A stretch of DNA of 64,000 nt from Leadbetterella sp. (GCA_021740125.1 JAIPAJ010000001.1:13017-77016); one strand, 5' to 3'. Positions 20,150 through 33,200 are shown, counted from the stretch's first letter. Program-made: numbers and translations. Notes: generated by a model not told the origin, from the sequence alone.

Positions 20150-21541
20150 TTACTTCTTAATTTCGGCTTTCTTTTTTATCACTTTGTCACCATCTTTGAG
20201 TTTTTTAGAAACCTCCAAAAATGGACCAGAAATTATCTCCTCATTGGCCTTAAGTCCTGAAGTAACTTCTATTAGACCTGCACTTGTATCAGTGATACCT
20301 GTCTTCACTTCACGTTTTTTGGCAATACCTTTGTCATTAATAAACACAATCTCTTTGGGCTTCTCTTTTTTCACATCTGTTTCCTCAGTAACAGCCCCCA
20401 AGCCCATTCCATCCTCATCTTCTGGTTTTTTATCTTTTCCTTTGCCTTCAACTCTTGTAGTCACCGCTGAAATTGGCACAGACAATACCGAAGGTTTTGT
20501 AGCCGTTACGATGTCTACTGTGGCAGTCATTCCTGGTTTAAAAGGATATTTCTTTCCCTTTCTTAGGTCAATCAATTCACGATAAGATGAAGGAAGGATT
20601 TTGATTCTAACCTCAAACTCGGTAACAGATTCTGTTGAGTTACTTGTAGCTCCAGTTAGCGAACCACCCGCTCCGTTGGCTGTATTTGCCACTTGGGTAA
20701 CAAGGCCCTTAAATTTCTTACCAGAAGCCGAATATGCATCCACATCCACAATTACTGTATCGCCCAACCCAACTCTGATGATGTCGTTTTCGTTTACATT
20801 TACCCTCACCTCCATGTTGTTGAGGTCAGCTATTCTTAATAATTCAGTACCTGCCATTTGTGAAGTTCCTACTACCCTTTCACCAAGTTCTACGGCTAAT
20901 TTTGACACAATACCGTTCATTGGAGCGTAAATATTGGTTTTTCTTAGATTTTCAGAAGCGTCTTTCAAGGCTGCTTCTGCACTACTTATACCAAATTTTG
21001 AGGCTTCATAATTAGACTTTGACGCTTCAACATCTTGCTTTGCTATTTTAAGATTTGTTTCGGCGGTTTCAAAATCTGACTGTGAAATCACTCTGTCTTC
21101 CAATAATCTTTTCTGACGATTGTATTCCATCTGGGCTCTCAAAAGTTGAGATTCAGCTCTTGAAATACTCGCTTTCGTTTGTTCGGCAGTGGCTCTTGAT
21201 TGATTTACTCCTGCTCTAAATCTATCTACAACAGAAACATAATTTTCTGGCTGAATTTTTAGCAACAATTGGCCTTTTTTAACAGAATCTCCTTCTTTTA
21301 CATAAAGTGCAATGATTTCACCAGGTACGTCTGGAGATATTTTAACCTCTACTTCTGGTTGAATCTTTCCAGATGCAGAAACGGTCTCTACCAAAGTTAC
21401 TGAACTCACCTTTGAGAGTTCAACTTCTGTAGGTTTTTCGGCCATAATCCAACCTTGTTTTTTGGCTACTAAGAATGCTATCAACAGCACTACTACCACT
21501 CCCAATAATATCCACCATATTTTATTCGATTTCTTTTTCAT
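20150..21541 (-). CDS. Efflux periplasmic adaptor (MacA/HlyD-like MFP)
   Basis: N-terminal TM, ASGKIQP, VKEGDSVKKGQLL lipoyl half, IYAPMNG and KPGMTA. Confidence 0.9.
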   Translation of the reverse strand: MKKKSNKIWWILLGVVVVLLIAFLVAKKQGWIMAEKPTEVELSKVSSVTLVETVSASGKIQPEVEVKISPDVPGEIIALYVKEGDSVKKGQLLLKIQPENYVSVVDRFRAGVNQSRATAEQTKASISRAESQLLRAQMEYNRQKRLLEDRVISQSDFETAETNLKIAKQDVEASKSNYEASKFGISSAEAALKDASENLRKTNIYAPMNGIVSKLAVELGERVVGTSQMAGTELLRIADLNNMEVRVNVNENDIIRVGLGDTVIVDVDAYSASGKKFKGLVTQVANTANGAGGSLTGATSNSTESVTEFEVRIKILPSSYRELIDLRKGKKYPFKPGMTATVDIVTATKPSVLSVPISAVTTRVEGKGKDKKPEDEDGMGLGAVTEETDVKKEKPKEIVFINDKGIAKKREVKTGITDTSAGLIEVTSGLKANEEIISGPFLEVSKKLKDGDKVIKKKAEIKK

Positions 21542-21546
21542 TTGTC

Positions 21547-23016
21547 TTAAAATTCTATTGGTTTATTCTGATAAAAGTCTAATATTTTTATTCTAAAAAT
21601 GTAATCGTATTTTGCTACAATAAGGTTTGATTTTGCTCTATCTAGATTTGTTTTTGCTAAATTATAATCAACAAAATTGCTGGCTCCGGCATTATATCTG
21701 GATTCGGCAGCTTTGAAAGACCTCTCTAAAGCGTTGGTTTGAGCCAACGTCGCTGAGTACCTCTTTTGAGCATTTAGCATCGTTATATAGGCTTGATCTA
21801 TGTTTTGCTTAATCTGCAATTTGGTGCCTTGATTTTGCAAATCCACCTGCATTTTCTGGATTTTGGCTGCTTGGCTTTGGTATTTCTGATTATAGCCATT
21901 AAAAATTGGAATTCTAGCGGAAATTCCGACGTTGAGATTTTGGTTATTTCCTAATTGTTTAAAGTAAGGTATACCATCTGAAGCATAGGTAGTTTGAGGA
22001 AAATTTATAACAAAAGGAACAGTCTGTCCCTCAAAAGTAGCAGATACAGGGATTTGATTAGAGGTAGTTCCAGTTTCTGTGAGTGTTTTTGCTACGCTAG
22101 AAAATGCGGTACCCCAGCTTGTGTTGGCAGAAATAGTGGGTAGGCCTAAGCTCTTGGCAATGGCAATATTTCTATCGGCGGCTTTTAGTCTAATCTCTCC
22201 TGCTTTTATTTCAGGCATATACCCCATTGCCGTATTATAAATGGTATTGGCATTTTCTCCATAATTAACAATATTCGGATCTGGAATTTCTATTCTTGCC
22301 ACTTGAATGTTCATTTCTACTGGAGCATTCATCGCTTGCTTAAGTGTCAAAATCGCAGACTCAAGGCTGTTTTGGGCATTTATTAGACTAAGTTCATCGT
22401 TTGCAGTTTGGGCATCCAAATCAAACAAGTTGGTTTCAGGCAAAGAGCCAGCATTCACCAACTTTTGAGTACGTTCATATTGTAACCTCGTAACATCCAA
22501 CTGTTTTTGAGCCACATCTATCAAATCTTCGGCAGACAGTACGTTGAGATAAGCCACAGATACTTGTAGCGAAACGTTGTTCTTTTGGGTAGCCACATCC
22601 ATTTGAGCGGCTTCAAGGTTAAGCTGGCTTCGCTCTAGTGTGTTTTTGTTTCTGCCTCCGTCAAATAATGGCATGCTTACGCCTATTCCCATGTTGTTGG
22701 TTCCGATGGTATTCGTTACTATTCCGTTTGTAAAAGGATCAACGTTTCTACCTGCATTGCCATTTAAATTAAATTGTCCGTTGACTGTCGGCAATTTGGC
22801 CACTTTGGATTGATTGAGTTGAACGATTCCACTTTCAACTGCCATTTGAGACTGCTTTAGACTCACGTTGTTGCTAATGGCATAGTCAATACAGGCTCTC
22901 AAGGAATATTTTTGAGCTACTTCAGAACCTGTAACCTTTGTTTGTGCAAAGCTGTTGGCCCCGTAAATAAGAATAATAGATAAGAGTAATTTTTTGAATT
23001 TCATACACTGATTCAA
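21547..23016 (-). CDS. TolC-family outer-membrane efflux protein
   Basis: Signal peptide, SLRACIDYAISNN and two OEP repeats (MPLFDG, IPIFNG). Confidence 0.9.
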   Translation of the reverse strand: MNQCMKFKKLLLSIILIYGANSFAQTKVTGSEVAQKYSLRACIDYAISNNVSLKQSQMAVESGIVQLNQSKVAKLPTVNGQFNLNGNAGRNVDPFTNGIVTNTIGTNNMGIGVSMPLFDGGRNKNTLERSQLNLEAAQMDVATQKNNVSLQVSVAYLNVLSAEDLIDVAQKQLDVTRLQYERTQKLVNAGSLPETNLFDLDAQTANDELSLINAQNSLESAILTLKQAMNAPVEMNIQVARIEIPDPNIVNYGENANTIYNTAMGYMPEIKAGEIRLKAADRNIAIAKSLGLPTISANTSWGTAFSSVAKTLTETGTTSNQIPVSATFEGQTVPFVINFPQTTYASDGIPYFKQLGNNQNLNVGISARIPIFNGYNQKYQSQAAKIQKMQVDLQNQGTKLQIKQNIDQAYITMLNAQKRYSATLAQTNALERSFKAAESRYNAGASNFVDYNLAKTNLDRAKSNLIVAKYDYIFRIKILDFYQNKPIEF

Positions 23017-23105
23017 TAATTGAATACAATTTTAATAAGGATACGACAATAGTCGCTATATAATTTATTTGAACGGTAAAATATGGACGAGTGAGTGGTT
23101 TAAAA

Positions 23106-23957
23106 CTATTTGGCTACTTTGTTGGGTGTGTGCCCATATTTCTCTTTGAAGCTTTTTATAAAATGCGAAACACTTTCGTATCCAATGGTTTCGGCTACTT
23201 CTTCCACATTACCCATTTTGTTTTTAATAAGAAAAGCCGCATGTTCCAATTTTTTATCTTTTATCCATTGGCCAGGCGACTGATTAAATAATTCTTGAAA
23301 TTCTCGTTTAAATGCTGAAAGGCTTCTTCCTGAAAGTTTGGCTAATTCGTCCAGATTTAAAGGTTTCAAATAAAATGTATTGAGGATAAACTCTAGGTCG
23401 GCTTTTTGGCCAGTGTAAATAGAAAAAAGTAGATTTTTGAGTTGATTGTTGGGGTCAAATTCCAATAAATGTAAGAGCAATTCTTGTACTTTGAGTTTCA
23501 GAAATTGATTGAGATATTTGGTTTTACTTTTGAAATAGGGCAATATAGACTCTATATATTTACCAAACGCCTCGTTGGATTTTAAAGTAAGAAGCCAAGA
23601 ACTGTTGGGATCTATTGAGGTTGTGTTTTCAAAAAGCTCCAGATTCTGACTTACAAATTCCTTCAATATTTTTTCATCAAAGAAAAAAACCAAGCTTTTA
23701 TAAGCTTCATTTATAGACTCTGACATCAGATAATAACCTCGTTTAACAAAAAGTACATCGCCTTTCTGCACACGAACTTCGGAGTTTGAACTGCTGAATA
23801 GTTTGTCCCCTTCAAGAACATAAATAACAGCGTTTTCTTCAAAAAAAACATCATTTTTGGAGGGATACACATCACTCCGATAAGCCACAAAAGTGTTTTC
23901 TTGAATCTTGAGAGACTCAAACTGATGGGCTTGTATTTCGGATGGAATTCGGAGCAT
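23106..23957 (-). CDS. AraC-family transcriptional regulator (ExsA-like N-terminus)
   Basis: LAKLSGRSLSAFKREF and GYESVSHFIKSFKEKYGHTP. Confidence 0.92.
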   Translation of the reverse strand: MLRIPSEIQAHQFESLKIQENTFVAYRSDVYPSKNDVFFEENAVIYVLEGDKLFSSSNSEVRVQKGDVLFVKRGYYLMSESINEAYKSLVFFFDEKILKEFVSQNLELFENTTSIDPNSSWLLTLKSNEAFGKYIESILPYFKSKTKYLNQFLKLKVQELLLHLLEFDPNNQLKNLLFSIYTGQKADLEFILNTFYLKPLNLDELAKLSGRSLSAFKREFQELFNQSPGQWIKDKKLEHAAFLIKNKMGNVEEVAETIGYESVSHFIKSFKEKYGHTPNKVAK

Positions 23958-24073
23958 AGAATTTTGTCTACATCTTGCGATGAAAGCTGTTTCATAAAAA
24001 TCGAGAACGCAAATATTCTAATCAAGATAACTTCAGCAAACAAATTGAAGATTTCTATATAAAAAATCTAAAA

Positions 24074-24102
24074 ATCTGTGTCAAATCCGTGTTTATCCGT
24101 GT
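24074..24102 (+). repeat. Three short direct repeats ATCYGTGT spaced 10-11 bp
   Basis: ATCTGTGT at 24074, ATCCGTGT at 24085 and ATCCGTGT at 24095. Confidence 0.55.
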
Positions 24103-24129
24103 TCCTTCTTTCGTTCAATTATAATGAAT

Positions 24130-25731
24130 TCAATTACCCAATTTCCCTTCACCCACCTTTTTAATTCCTGGCTGAAGAATCTCAAAGTTTTCTTCTTCCT
24201 TTGCTTTTTTAACGATGGCTTTTACGTCTTCCAGTAATTTTTTAGCGTCATAAACAATACCATCTTTTACGGTATATTTCACTCCACCAACTCTTACAAC
24301 TTCATTTTTATCATTTACTTTTATTGCACCTGTGCCATAGAGCGTCTTCAAGTTGGCCAATGGATTTTCTTCCATAATCGCAAAATCCGCCAATTTGCCA
24401 ACTTCCACAGAGCCTATTTCTTTGTCCATTCCCAACGCCTCTGCACCTTTAATAGTAGCAGCTCTTATAACTTCCAATGGATGAAAGCCCGCCTCACGTA
24501 GCAATTCCAATTCACGGATATACGCAAAACCGTACAATTGATAGATAAATCCAGAATCGGAACCAGTCGTTACTCTGCCGCCTTTATTTTTGTACTCATT
24601 CACAAACCGCATCCAAATTCTATAATTTTCTTTCCATTGCACTTCTTGCTCTGTTCCCCAATTGAGCCAATAGCTACCATGAGAAATACGACTAGGGCCA
24701 TAAAAACGCCAAAGCGACGGTAAGGTGTACTCATCGTGCCATTCGGCTCTGCGAGCCAGCATGAGCTCTCTGTTAGCTTCATAAATGTTAAAAGTAGGAT
24801 CGAGTGTAAAATCTAATTTTAATAGCTCATCCATCACTTTATACCATTTTTCTGAGCCTGGCTCGGCAGCCTGTTTCCAAAGTTTTCCGGCTTCCTCAAA
24901 CCTGTGTTGCTCGTTGTTGTAGTTATAATCGGCAGGATAGTTTTGTAAAGTTCTTTCATCAAAAAGTGCCTCTGGCAGTCCATACCAATGCTCCATTGAT
25001 GTCAATCCTGCCTTTGCGGTAGCCAAAACGTTCATCCTTGCCACTTCTAGCTGTGCATGATGACATGCCGAACGCAAACCCAGCAATTTGTTTTCGCCTA
25101 ATGCAGCCCTAAAAACATCAGGCTCAGCACCAAAAAATTTTATACCATCAGCACCTTTCTTAGCGTTGTTTCTTACCCATTCTTTAGCTTGCTCTGGCGT
25201 AGTTATAGGTTTGTCTGAGCCCATTCCGAATGCTGTATAGGCCAATATTCTTGGAGCAACAATCTCATTTTTAAGGCTTTTTTGTTTGTGGCTTAATGTC
25301 CAGTCCAGCCCATTTCCAGCTGAGGGGTCACGAATGGTGGTGATACCATGTCCCATCCAAAGTTTAAAGACATATTCAGACGGTGTGCCTTGTGAACTGC
25401 CGCCAATGTGGCCATGCATATCCACAAAACCTGGCGTAAGATACATCCCCGTACAATCCAATTCTTTATCACCAGCTTCGGCTTTTGGCCTACGTTTTGG
25501 ATCTATCGGAACGCCAGGATACCCCACTTGCTTTATCTCTTTTATGCGGTTTTTTTCTACTACAATATCGACAGGACCTACCGGTGGTGCACCAGTGCTG
25601 TTTACCAAAGTCACTCCTCTGATGATGAGTTTATTATATGGCCCGTCTCCTTCAGTTCTGTTGGGGGCGTCTTTTATTTGGGCAAAGGAAAAAAATGGGA
25701 CAAAAAGGCAAATTGAGATAAGTTTTTTCAT
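24130..25731 (-). CDS. Secreted metal-dependent amidohydrolase
   Basis: Start re-placed at ATG 25731 (MKKLISICLF signal peptide). PGFVDMHGH, GSDSG and GSVEVGKLADF. Confidence 0.88.
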   Translation of the reverse strand: MKKLISICLFVPFFSFAQIKDAPNRTEGDGPYNKLIIRGVTLVNSTGAPPVGPVDIVVEKNRIKEIKQVGYPGVPIDPKRRPKAEAGDKELDCTGMYLTPGFVDMHGHIGGSSQGTPSEYVFKLWMGHGITTIRDPSAGNGLDWTLSHKQKSLKNEIVAPRILAYTAFGMGSDKPITTPEQAKEWVRNNAKKGADGIKFFGAEPDVFRAALGENKLLGLRSACHHAQLEVARMNVLATAKAGLTSMEHWYGLPEALFDERTLQNYPADYNYNNEQHRFEEAGKLWKQAAEPGSEKWYKVMDELLKLDFTLDPTFNIYEANRELMLARRAEWHDEYTLPSLWRFYGPSRISHGSYWLNWGTEQEVQWKENYRIWMRFVNEYKNKGGRVTTGSDSGFIYQLYGFAYIRELELLREAGFHPLEVIRAATIKGAEALGMDKEIGSVEVGKLADFAIMEENPLANLKTLYGTGAIKVNDKNEVVRVGGVKYTVKDGIVYDAKKLLEDVKAIVKKAKEEENFEILQPGIKKVGEGKLGN

Positions 25732-25800
25732 TGTAGATGAGGCAAGGTAATTTGATGACCTCAATTTATAAAAAAACTTTGAGAAAGGTAGATTTTGAGC

Positions 25801-25839
25801 AAAAAAAAGACCTTTGGATTGCTCCAAAGGTCTTTTTTT
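25801..25839 (-). terminator. Intrinsic terminator after rpoC
   Basis: AAAAAAAAGACCTTTGGA-TTGC-TCCAAAGGTCTTTTTTT perfect stem. Confidence 0.88.
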
Positions 25840-25856
25840 ATTATTTCGAAAAAATA

Positions 25857-28800
25857 TCAATCTACATATTCTCTCTTACGTGGCTCGGCCATTCTACGGG
25901 CGTTGGCTGCTTCTATCTCTTCTACAGTGTTTACCTGTATGTTTTGATAAGTTCTACGGCCAGTACCTGCTGGTATCAAGTGACCAACGATTACGTTTTC
26001 TTTCAAGCCCGCCAATTCGTCACGCTTACCTTTTACAGCAGCTTCTGACAATACTTTAGTGGTCTCTTGGAACGATGCCGCAGATATAAACGACTCAGTA
26101 CCCAAAGACGCAGTGGTGATACCTTGCAATATCACTTGAGATACAGCTGGTTGAGCATCTCTTACGGTCATTTGTTTTTTGTCCTCACGTTTTAATCTAC
26201 CGTTTTCGTCTCTAAACTCGCGGTTTGTGATGATCTGACCAGGTTTGAAGTTTTCAGATGCACCAGCATCCATTACTACTTTCTTGTCTATGATTCTATC
26301 GTTTTCTTCTCTGAAAGTCCATTTATCAACGGCTTGCATTTCAAGGAACATCGTATCACCAGCGTCAAGAACGTCAACTTTCTGCATCATCTGACGTACA
26401 ATCACTTCGATGTGTTTGTCTGAGATTTTCACACCTTGCTGACGATATACGGCTTGCGTTTCGTCTACCAAATACTCCTGAACGGCAGTTGGTCCTTTGA
26501 TTCTCAAGATGTCGGCTGGCGTAATGGCTCCGTCAGAAAGTGGCTCACCTGCACGGATGTAATCACCTTCTTGCACCAAGATTAGTTTAGAAAGTGATAC
26601 CATATATTTCATTTTGGTACCGTCTTTTGCTTCTACAAATATCTCTCTGTTACCACGCTTGATCGTTCCGTAAGAAACTACACCGTCGATTTCAGAAACC
26701 ACAGCCGGGTTTGAAGGGTTACGTGCTTCGAAAAGCTCGGTTACCCTTGGAAGACCACCCGTGATGTCACGGTTCATATTGATAGCTCTTGGTATTTTTG
26801 CCAAAATCTGTCCAGCCTTTATTTGTTGTCCGTCTTCTACCATCAATCGGGCATTAACAGGAAGGTTATACTCCTTGTCTTCGTCGCCACCAGTTTTAAT
26901 AATAATTGATGGGTTTTTAGCTCTGTCTTTAGAGTCTGTGATTACTTTATCACGGAAACCAGTTTGCTCATCGGCTTCTTCACGGAAAGTAATACCTTCT
27001 TCTATCGAGTCATATTCTGCAACTCCATCAAACTCAGACAAGATAACGGCGTTGAACTGATCCCAGTGACATATAGGCTCACCTTTGGCGATTTTCTGAC
27101 CGTCCTTCACTTGTAAAGTTGAACCGTAAGGCACGATGTTAGAAATCAAGATTTGCTTGGTAGTTTCGTCGATGATTCTTACTTCACCTCTACGACCTAT
27201 AACGATAGTAGCTGGATTTCCTTCTTTGTCAACAGACTCTACAGTTCTGATGTCGTCAAAATCAAGTTTACCGTTGAATTTGGCTTTGATATTGGCTTCT
27301 ACTGACACGTTCATGGCTGTACCACCAGTGTGGAAAGTACGAAGTGTAAGCTGAGTACCTGGCTCACCAATAGATTGTGATGCAATAACACCCACGGCTT
27401 CACCCACATCGGCCATACGACCAGACGCCAAGTTTCTTCCGTAACATTTACCACAAACGCCTGTTTTGGTTTCGCAAGTAAGTGCCGAACGTATTTCGAT
27501 AGTTTCTATCGCAGTTTCATCAATTCTCTCTGCTATTTCTTCAGTGATTTCTTCTCCAGCCAACAGAATGAGCTCTTTTGTGATTGGATCAATGATATCA
27601 TGAACTGAAGCTCTACCCAAAATCCTTTCAGACAATGGCTCGATGATGTCGTCGTTTTCTTTTAAAGCCGACACGTTGATACCTCTTAATGTACCACAGT
27701 CTACTTCGTTGATAACTACGTCTTGGGCTACGTCATGCAAACGACGAGTCAAGTAACCAGCATCAGCAGTTTTTAGGGCTGTATCGGCCAAACCTTTACG
27801 GGCACCGTGTGTAGAGATAAAGTACTCAAGAACGTCTAAACCTTCTTTAAAGTTAGAAAGGATAGGGTTCTCGATGATTTCACCTACAGAACCAGCAATG
27901 TTTTTCTGTGGCTTAGCCATCAAACCTCTCATACCACCCAACTGACGAATTTGCTCTTGCGAACCACGGGCTCCAGAGTGCATCATCATATACACAGGAT
28001 TAAATCCTTGACGGTCATCTTCTAATTGACGAAGCAATGTTTCTCTCAAACGTGTGTTTACACGCGTCCAGATATCGATGATTTGGTTATAACGCTCACG
28101 CTCAGTAATGATACCAAACATGTAGTTGTTTTGAACCTCTTCTACCTCTCCTCTAGCGTTTTCAATCAATGCTTGTTTCTCTTCTGGAATCATGATATCT
28201 CCCAAACCGATAGACAAACCACCTTTGAAGGCCGATTGGAAACCGAGTTCTTTGATTTCGTCCAAGAATTGAGCTGTACGAGCAAAACTTACTTCTTTGA
28301 ATACTCTACCGATAATTCCTTGAAGTTTTTTCTTCGTCAAAAGCTCATTGATATAACCAACTTTCTCTGGAACACACTGATTGAATAATACTCTACCAGC
28401 TACAGTTTCGATAATTTTCTCAACTATCTTACCTGTTGTTTCGTCTTTGATTTTGGTTTTAACATTGATAATCGCATGCTTCGAAAGTTGTCCTTCATTG
28501 ATAGCAATGATAACTTCTTCAGACGAATAAAATGTTTTTCCTTCACCAATAATTGGCTCTTCAGGAGTTGATCTTTTACCTTTTGTTACATAATATAGAC
28601 CCAATACCATGTCCTGAGAAGGTACCGTAATAGGTGCTCCGTTGGCAGGGTTAAGGATGTTATGCGACGAAAGCATCAATACAGAAGCTTCCATAACTGC
28701 TTCTTGACCTAGTGGTACGTGCACCGCCATCTGGTCACCGTCAAAGTCAGCGTTGAATGCTGTACAAACTAACGGGTGCAATTGGATAGCTTTACCTTCA

Positions 28801-30167
28801 ACCAGTTTTGGTTGGAAAGCTTGAATACCCAAACGGTGAAGCGTAGGAGCACGATTTAGCATAACTGGGTGTCCTTTCAATACGTTCTCAAGGATATCCC
28901 AAATCACTGCATCTTTACGATCTACAATTTTCTTCGCAGATTTTACCGTCTTAACTATGCCTCTTTCTATCAATTTTCTGATAACAAACGGCTTAAATAA
29001 CTCAGCAGCCATGTCTTTTGGAAGACCACATTCGTGCAATTTAAGCTCAGGTCCTACTACAATAACCGAACGGCCAGAGTAATCAACTCTTTTACCCAAT
29101 AAGTTTTGACGGAAACGTCCTTGCTTACCTTTCAACATATCTGAAAGTGATTTCAAGGCACGGTTACCATCTGATCTTACGGCGTTTACTTTACGTGAGT
29201 TATCAAAAAGTGAATCTACGGCTTCTTGCAACATACGTTTTTCATTACGTAGAATTACTTCAGGAGCTTTGATTTCCAATAATCTTTTCAGACGGTTGTT
29301 TCTGATAATTACTCTTCTGTAAAGGTCATTTAAGTCAGAAGTCGCGAAACGACCACCATCTAGCGGCACCAAAGGACGCAATTCTGGTGGAATAACTGGC
29401 ACCATACGGATTACCATCCACTCAGGTCTGTTGTCAATTCTGGTACGAGAATCTCTGAATGATTCTACAACTTTAAGTCTTTTCAAAGCCTCCGCTTTAC
29501 GTTGCTGAGAAGTATCAGTGGCTGCTTGGTGACGCAATTCGTACGAAAGTTCGTCCAATTTGATTCTCGAAAGCAACATATACAATGACTCAGCACCCAT
29601 CTTAGCGATGAATTTGTTTGGATCTTCGTCAGGAAGCATTTGGTTTTCTCTTGGCAATTTGTCCAAAATATCCAAATATTCTTCTTCTGTCAAGAAGTCC
29701 ATTTTAGCTATACCGTCTTCTTCTTTGATACCGGCCTGAACTACAACGTATCTCTCGTAATAGATAACCTGATCCAATTTTTTAGAAGAAAGACCCAGAA
29801 TATATCCGATTTTGTTGGGTAAGCTTCTGAAATACCAAATGTGAGCTACTGGAACGACCAATTCGATGTGGCCCATTCTTTCTCTACGCACTTTCTTTTC
29901 AGTAACTTCTACACCACAACGGTCGCAGATAATTCCTTTATAACGAATTCTTTTATATTTTCCACAGTGACACTCCCAGTCTTTTACTGGTCCGAAAATA
30001 CGCTCACAAAACAAACCGCCCATTTCTGGCTTGTAAGTTCTGTAGTTGATAGTTTCGGGTTGAGTAACCTCACCATATGAGCCTTCCAAGATAGATTCTG
30101 GAGAAGCCAAACTAATGGTTATGCTATCAAAATCGCTGTTGAGCTTTTTATTTTTCTTTAATGACAT
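25857..30167 (-). CDS. rpoC: RNA polymerase beta' subunit
   Basis: [10 protein letters not shown] catalytic motif, Zn-binding Cys clusters and [13 protein letters not shown]. Confidence 0.99.
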   Translation of the reverse strand: MSLKKNKKLNSDFDSITISLASPESILEGSYGEVTQPETINYRTYKPEMGGLFCERIFGPVKDWECHCGKYKRIRYKGIICDRCGVEVTEKKVRRERMGHIELVVPVAHIWYFRSLPNKIGYILGLSSKKLDQVIYYERYVVVQAGIKEEDGIAKMDFLTEEEYLDILDKLPRENQMLPDEDPNKFIAKMGAESLYMLLSRIKLDELSYELRHQAATDTSQQRKAEALKRLKVVESFRDSRTRIDNRPEWMVIRMVPVIPPELRPLVPLDGGRFATSDLNDLYRRVIIRNNRLKRLLEIKAPEVILRNEKRMLQEAVDSLFDNSRKVNAVRSDGNRALKSLSDMLKGKQGRFRQNLLGKRVDYSGRSVIVVGPELKLHECGLPKDMAAELFKPFVIRKLIERGIVKTVKSAKKIVDRKDAVIWDILENVLKGHPVMLNRAPTLHRLGIQAFQPKLVEGKAIQLHPLVCTAFNADFDGDQMAVHVPLGQEAVMEASVLMLSSHNILNPANGAPITVPSQDMVLGLYYVTKGKRSTPEEPIIGEGKTFYSSEEVIIAINEGQLSKHAIINVKTKIKDETTGKIVEKIIETVAGRVLFNQCVPEKVGYINELLTKKKLQGIIGRVFKEVSFARTAQFLDEIKELGFQSAFKGGLSIGLGDIMIPEEKQALIENARGEVEEVQNNYMFGIITERERYNQIIDIWTRVNTRLRETLLRQLEDDRQGFNPVYMMMHSGARGSQEQIRQLGGMRGLMAKPQKNIAGSVGEIIENPILSNFKEGLDVLEYFISTHGARKGLADTALKTADAGYLTRRLHDVAQDVVINEVDCGTLRGINVSALKENDDIIEPLSERILGRASVHDIIDPITKELILLAGEEITEEIAERIDETAIETIEIRSALTCETKTGVCGKCYGRNLASGRMADVGEAVGVIASQSIGEPGTQLTLRTFHTGGTAMNVSVEANIKAKFNGKLDFDDIRTVESVDKEGNPATIVIGRRGEVRIIDETTKQILISNIVPYGSTLQVKDGQKIAKGEPICHWDQFNAVILSEFDGVAEYDSIEEGITFREEADEQTGFRDKVITDSKDRAKNPSIIIKTGGDEDKEYNLPVNARLMVEDGQQIKAGQILAKIPRAINMNRDITGGLPRVTELFEARNPSNPAVVSEIDGVVSYGTIKRGNREIFVEAKDGTKMKYMVSLSKLILVQEGDYIRAGEPLSDGAITPADILRIKGPTAVQEYLVDETQAVYRQQGVKISDKHIEVIVRQMMQKVDVLDAGDTMFLEMQAVDKWTFREENDRIIDKKVVMDAGASENFKPGQIITNREFRDENGRLKREDKKQMTVRDAQPAVSQVILQGITTASLGTESFISAASFQETTKVLSEAAVKGKRDELAGLKENVIVGHLIPAGTGRRTYQNIQVNTVEEIEAANARRMAEPRKREYVD

Positions 30168-30203
30168 TTTCTAATGCTTTTAATGAAAATGATATATTTT
30201 AAA

Positions 30204-33200
30204 TTATACAAGAGTGATTTCTAATGCAAGTCCTCTTAGTTCGTGCACCAATACGTTGAATGACTCAGGAATACTTGCTTTCGGAAGATTCTCACCTTTA
30301 ACGATTGCTTCATAAGCCTTAGCCCTACCTAACACGTCATCTGACTTGAGCGTCAAGATTTCACGTAATACGTGAGATGCTCCGAATGCCTCAAGTGCCC
30401 AAACCTCCATCTCTCCAAAACGTTGACCACCAAACTGAGCTTTACCACCCAATGGTTGTTGAGTAATCAATGAGTATGGTCCGATAGAACGAGCGTGCAT
30501 TTTATCATCTACCAAGTGACCTAATTTAAGCATATACATGATACCCACGGTTACTTTCTGATCGAAAGGCTCACCTGTAAGACCATTGTAAAGCTGCGTA
30601 CGACCGTATTCTGCCAAACCTGCTTCTACAAGCTCCGCCGAAACCTCGTCTGCAGATGCTCCATCAAAGATAGGAGTAGCATATTTACGACCAAGCTTAC
30701 GTCCAGCCCAACCCAATACTACTTCATATAGCTGACCGATGTTCATCCTTGAAGGTACACCAAGAGGGTTCAGAACGATGTCCATTGTATTTCCGTCTTC
30801 TAGGAATGGCATGTCTTCGTCACGAACGATTCTTGCTACAACTCCTTTGTTACCGTGACGACCCGCCATCTTGTCACCCACTTTCAACTTACGTTTTTTA
30901 GCGATATACACTTTGGCCAATTTCACGATTCCTGCAGGAAGTTCATCACCTACTTCAAGTACAAATTTCTCTCTTTTGTAGATACCGATTAACTCACTTC
31001 TTTTGGTCAAATAGTTTTTAACCAATGAAACCAAAAGACCATTTGTTTCTTCGTTGTTAGTCCATCCTTCCAGAATAATATCACCTAAAAGGTTAGCTTC
31101 TTCTGGAACGTTATAAGAACTTTCGTCAACAAATGGGTTTTTGTCAGGGAATAAATTATTAGCAATGTTAGATTTATTAAACTTAACACCTTTAGAAATT
31201 AATTCCTCGCCAAATTTATGCTTAACACCATTACAAGCCTCATTGTCAAGCAATGCCACCATTTTGTCAATCATGATAGACTTAAGCTCCATTAATGATT
31301 TACTGTGATTTTTGGCCAATACTTTAAGCTCTTCTTTGTGCTTTACTCTTTCTTCTTTTGAAGGACGAGAGAACAATTTGGTATCGATAATTACACCTCT
31401 TAAAGAAGGAGATGCTTTTTTGGAAGCGTCTTTCACATCACCTGCTTTGTCACCAAAGATGGCTCTAAGAAGTTTCTCTTCTGGAGTTGGATCAGACTCT
31501 CCTTTTGGAGTAATTTTTCCAATCAAAATATCACCTTCTTTGATGTGAGTACCCGTTCTTACAATACCGTTTTCGTCAAGATTTTTAACTGCCTCTTCAG
31601 ATACGTTTGGTATCTCAGCAGTTAGTTCCTCTTCTCCACGTTTTGTATCTCTTACTTCAAGGTCAAACTCTTCGATATGAATCGAAGTAAAGATATCGTC
31701 ACGAACCACTTTTTCAGAAATTACGATTGCATCCTCGAAGTTGTATCCTTGCCAAGGCATGAAGGCAACCTGTAGGTTACGTCCAAGTGCAAGTTCACCT
31801 CCTTGTGTAGCATATCCTTCTACTAAAATTTGTCCAGCTTTAACTTTTTGTCCTTTCAATACGATAGGACGCAAGTTGATACAAGTATCTTGGTTGGTTC
31901 TTCTAAACTTAATAAGATTGTAAGTCTTCATATTCGTATCGAAGTTTACAAGTCTTTGGTTATCTGACCAGTCGTAGTTAACCACAATTTTCTGGGCATC
32001 TACGTATTCGATAACTCCTTCACCGTCAGCTACAATCAAAGTACGAGAGTCACGAGCCAATTTACCTTCAAGGCCAGTACCCACGATAGGTGCTTCTGGA
32101 CGTAACAAAGGCACAGCCTGACGTTGCATGTTCGAGCCCATCAAGGCACGGTTGGCATCATCATGCTCAAGGAAAGGAATCATCGAAGCGGCTATAGATA
32201 CAATCTGATTTGGAGCAATATCCATGTATTCAATCTCTTCAGGACGCTTCAATGGAAAGTCACCTTCAAATCTACATTTCAACAAGTCTACACTAAAGTT
32301 TCCGTCGTTTTTGGTATCGGCGGTTGCCATTGCAATGTGCTTACCATCTTCTTCTTCAGCAGTAAGGTACTCGATAGTTCCGGTCATTTTGCCACCATCT
32401 ATTTTCATATATGGCGTTTCGATGAAGCCCATTGAGTTGATTTTCGCATAAGTACAAAGCGAAGAAATCAAACCGATGTTTGGACCCTCTGGTGTTTCGA
32501 TAGTACAAAGACGACCGTAATGCGTATAGTGAACGTCACGAACCTCAAAACCTGCTCTTTCACGAGAAAGACCTCCTGGTCCTAAAGCCGATAGACGACG
32601 TTTGTGGGTAATCTCGGCCAATGGATTGGTTTGATCCATAAACTGAGAAAGTTGGTTTGTACCAAAGAATGAGTTGATAACCGATGACAAAGTACGAGCG
32701 TTGATCAAATCCACTGGCTTGAAGTCTTCATTATCACGAACGTTCATTCTTTCTTTAATTGTACGGGCCATACGAGCAAGACCTACGCCAAATTGGCCAG
32801 AAAGCTGCTCACCTACTGTACGTACACGTCTATTTGAAAGGTGGTCAATATCATCGACAACTGCCTTAGAATTGATAAGACCAATCAAATATTTAACGAT
32901 AGAGATGATATCTTCTTTGGTCAAAACCGAAGTTTCCAAAGGAGTATCAAGGCTCAATTTGGTATTTACTCTGTATCTACCAACCTCACCTAAGTCATAA
33001 CGTTTGTCAGAAAAGAACAAGCCCTGGATAATCTCACGAGCTGTAGCTTCATCTGGTGCTTCAGTGTTTCTCAACTGACGGTAAATTTGCTCAACAGCCT
33101 CTTTTTCAGAGTTTGAGCTATCTTTTTGTAAAGTATTATAGATGATATTGAACTCAGATACGTTGGCATCTTCACGGTGAATAATCACCGATTTTGCTTG

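Noticed and set aside
23726-24043. 105-aa minus ORF overlapping the AraC gene start
   Set aside because: Out-of-frame overlap with a well-supported gene and no recognisable features.
25732-25860. 43-aa N-terminal extension of the amidohydrolase in the ORF track
   Set aside because: It spans the rpoC terminator. A signal peptide begins at ATG 25731.
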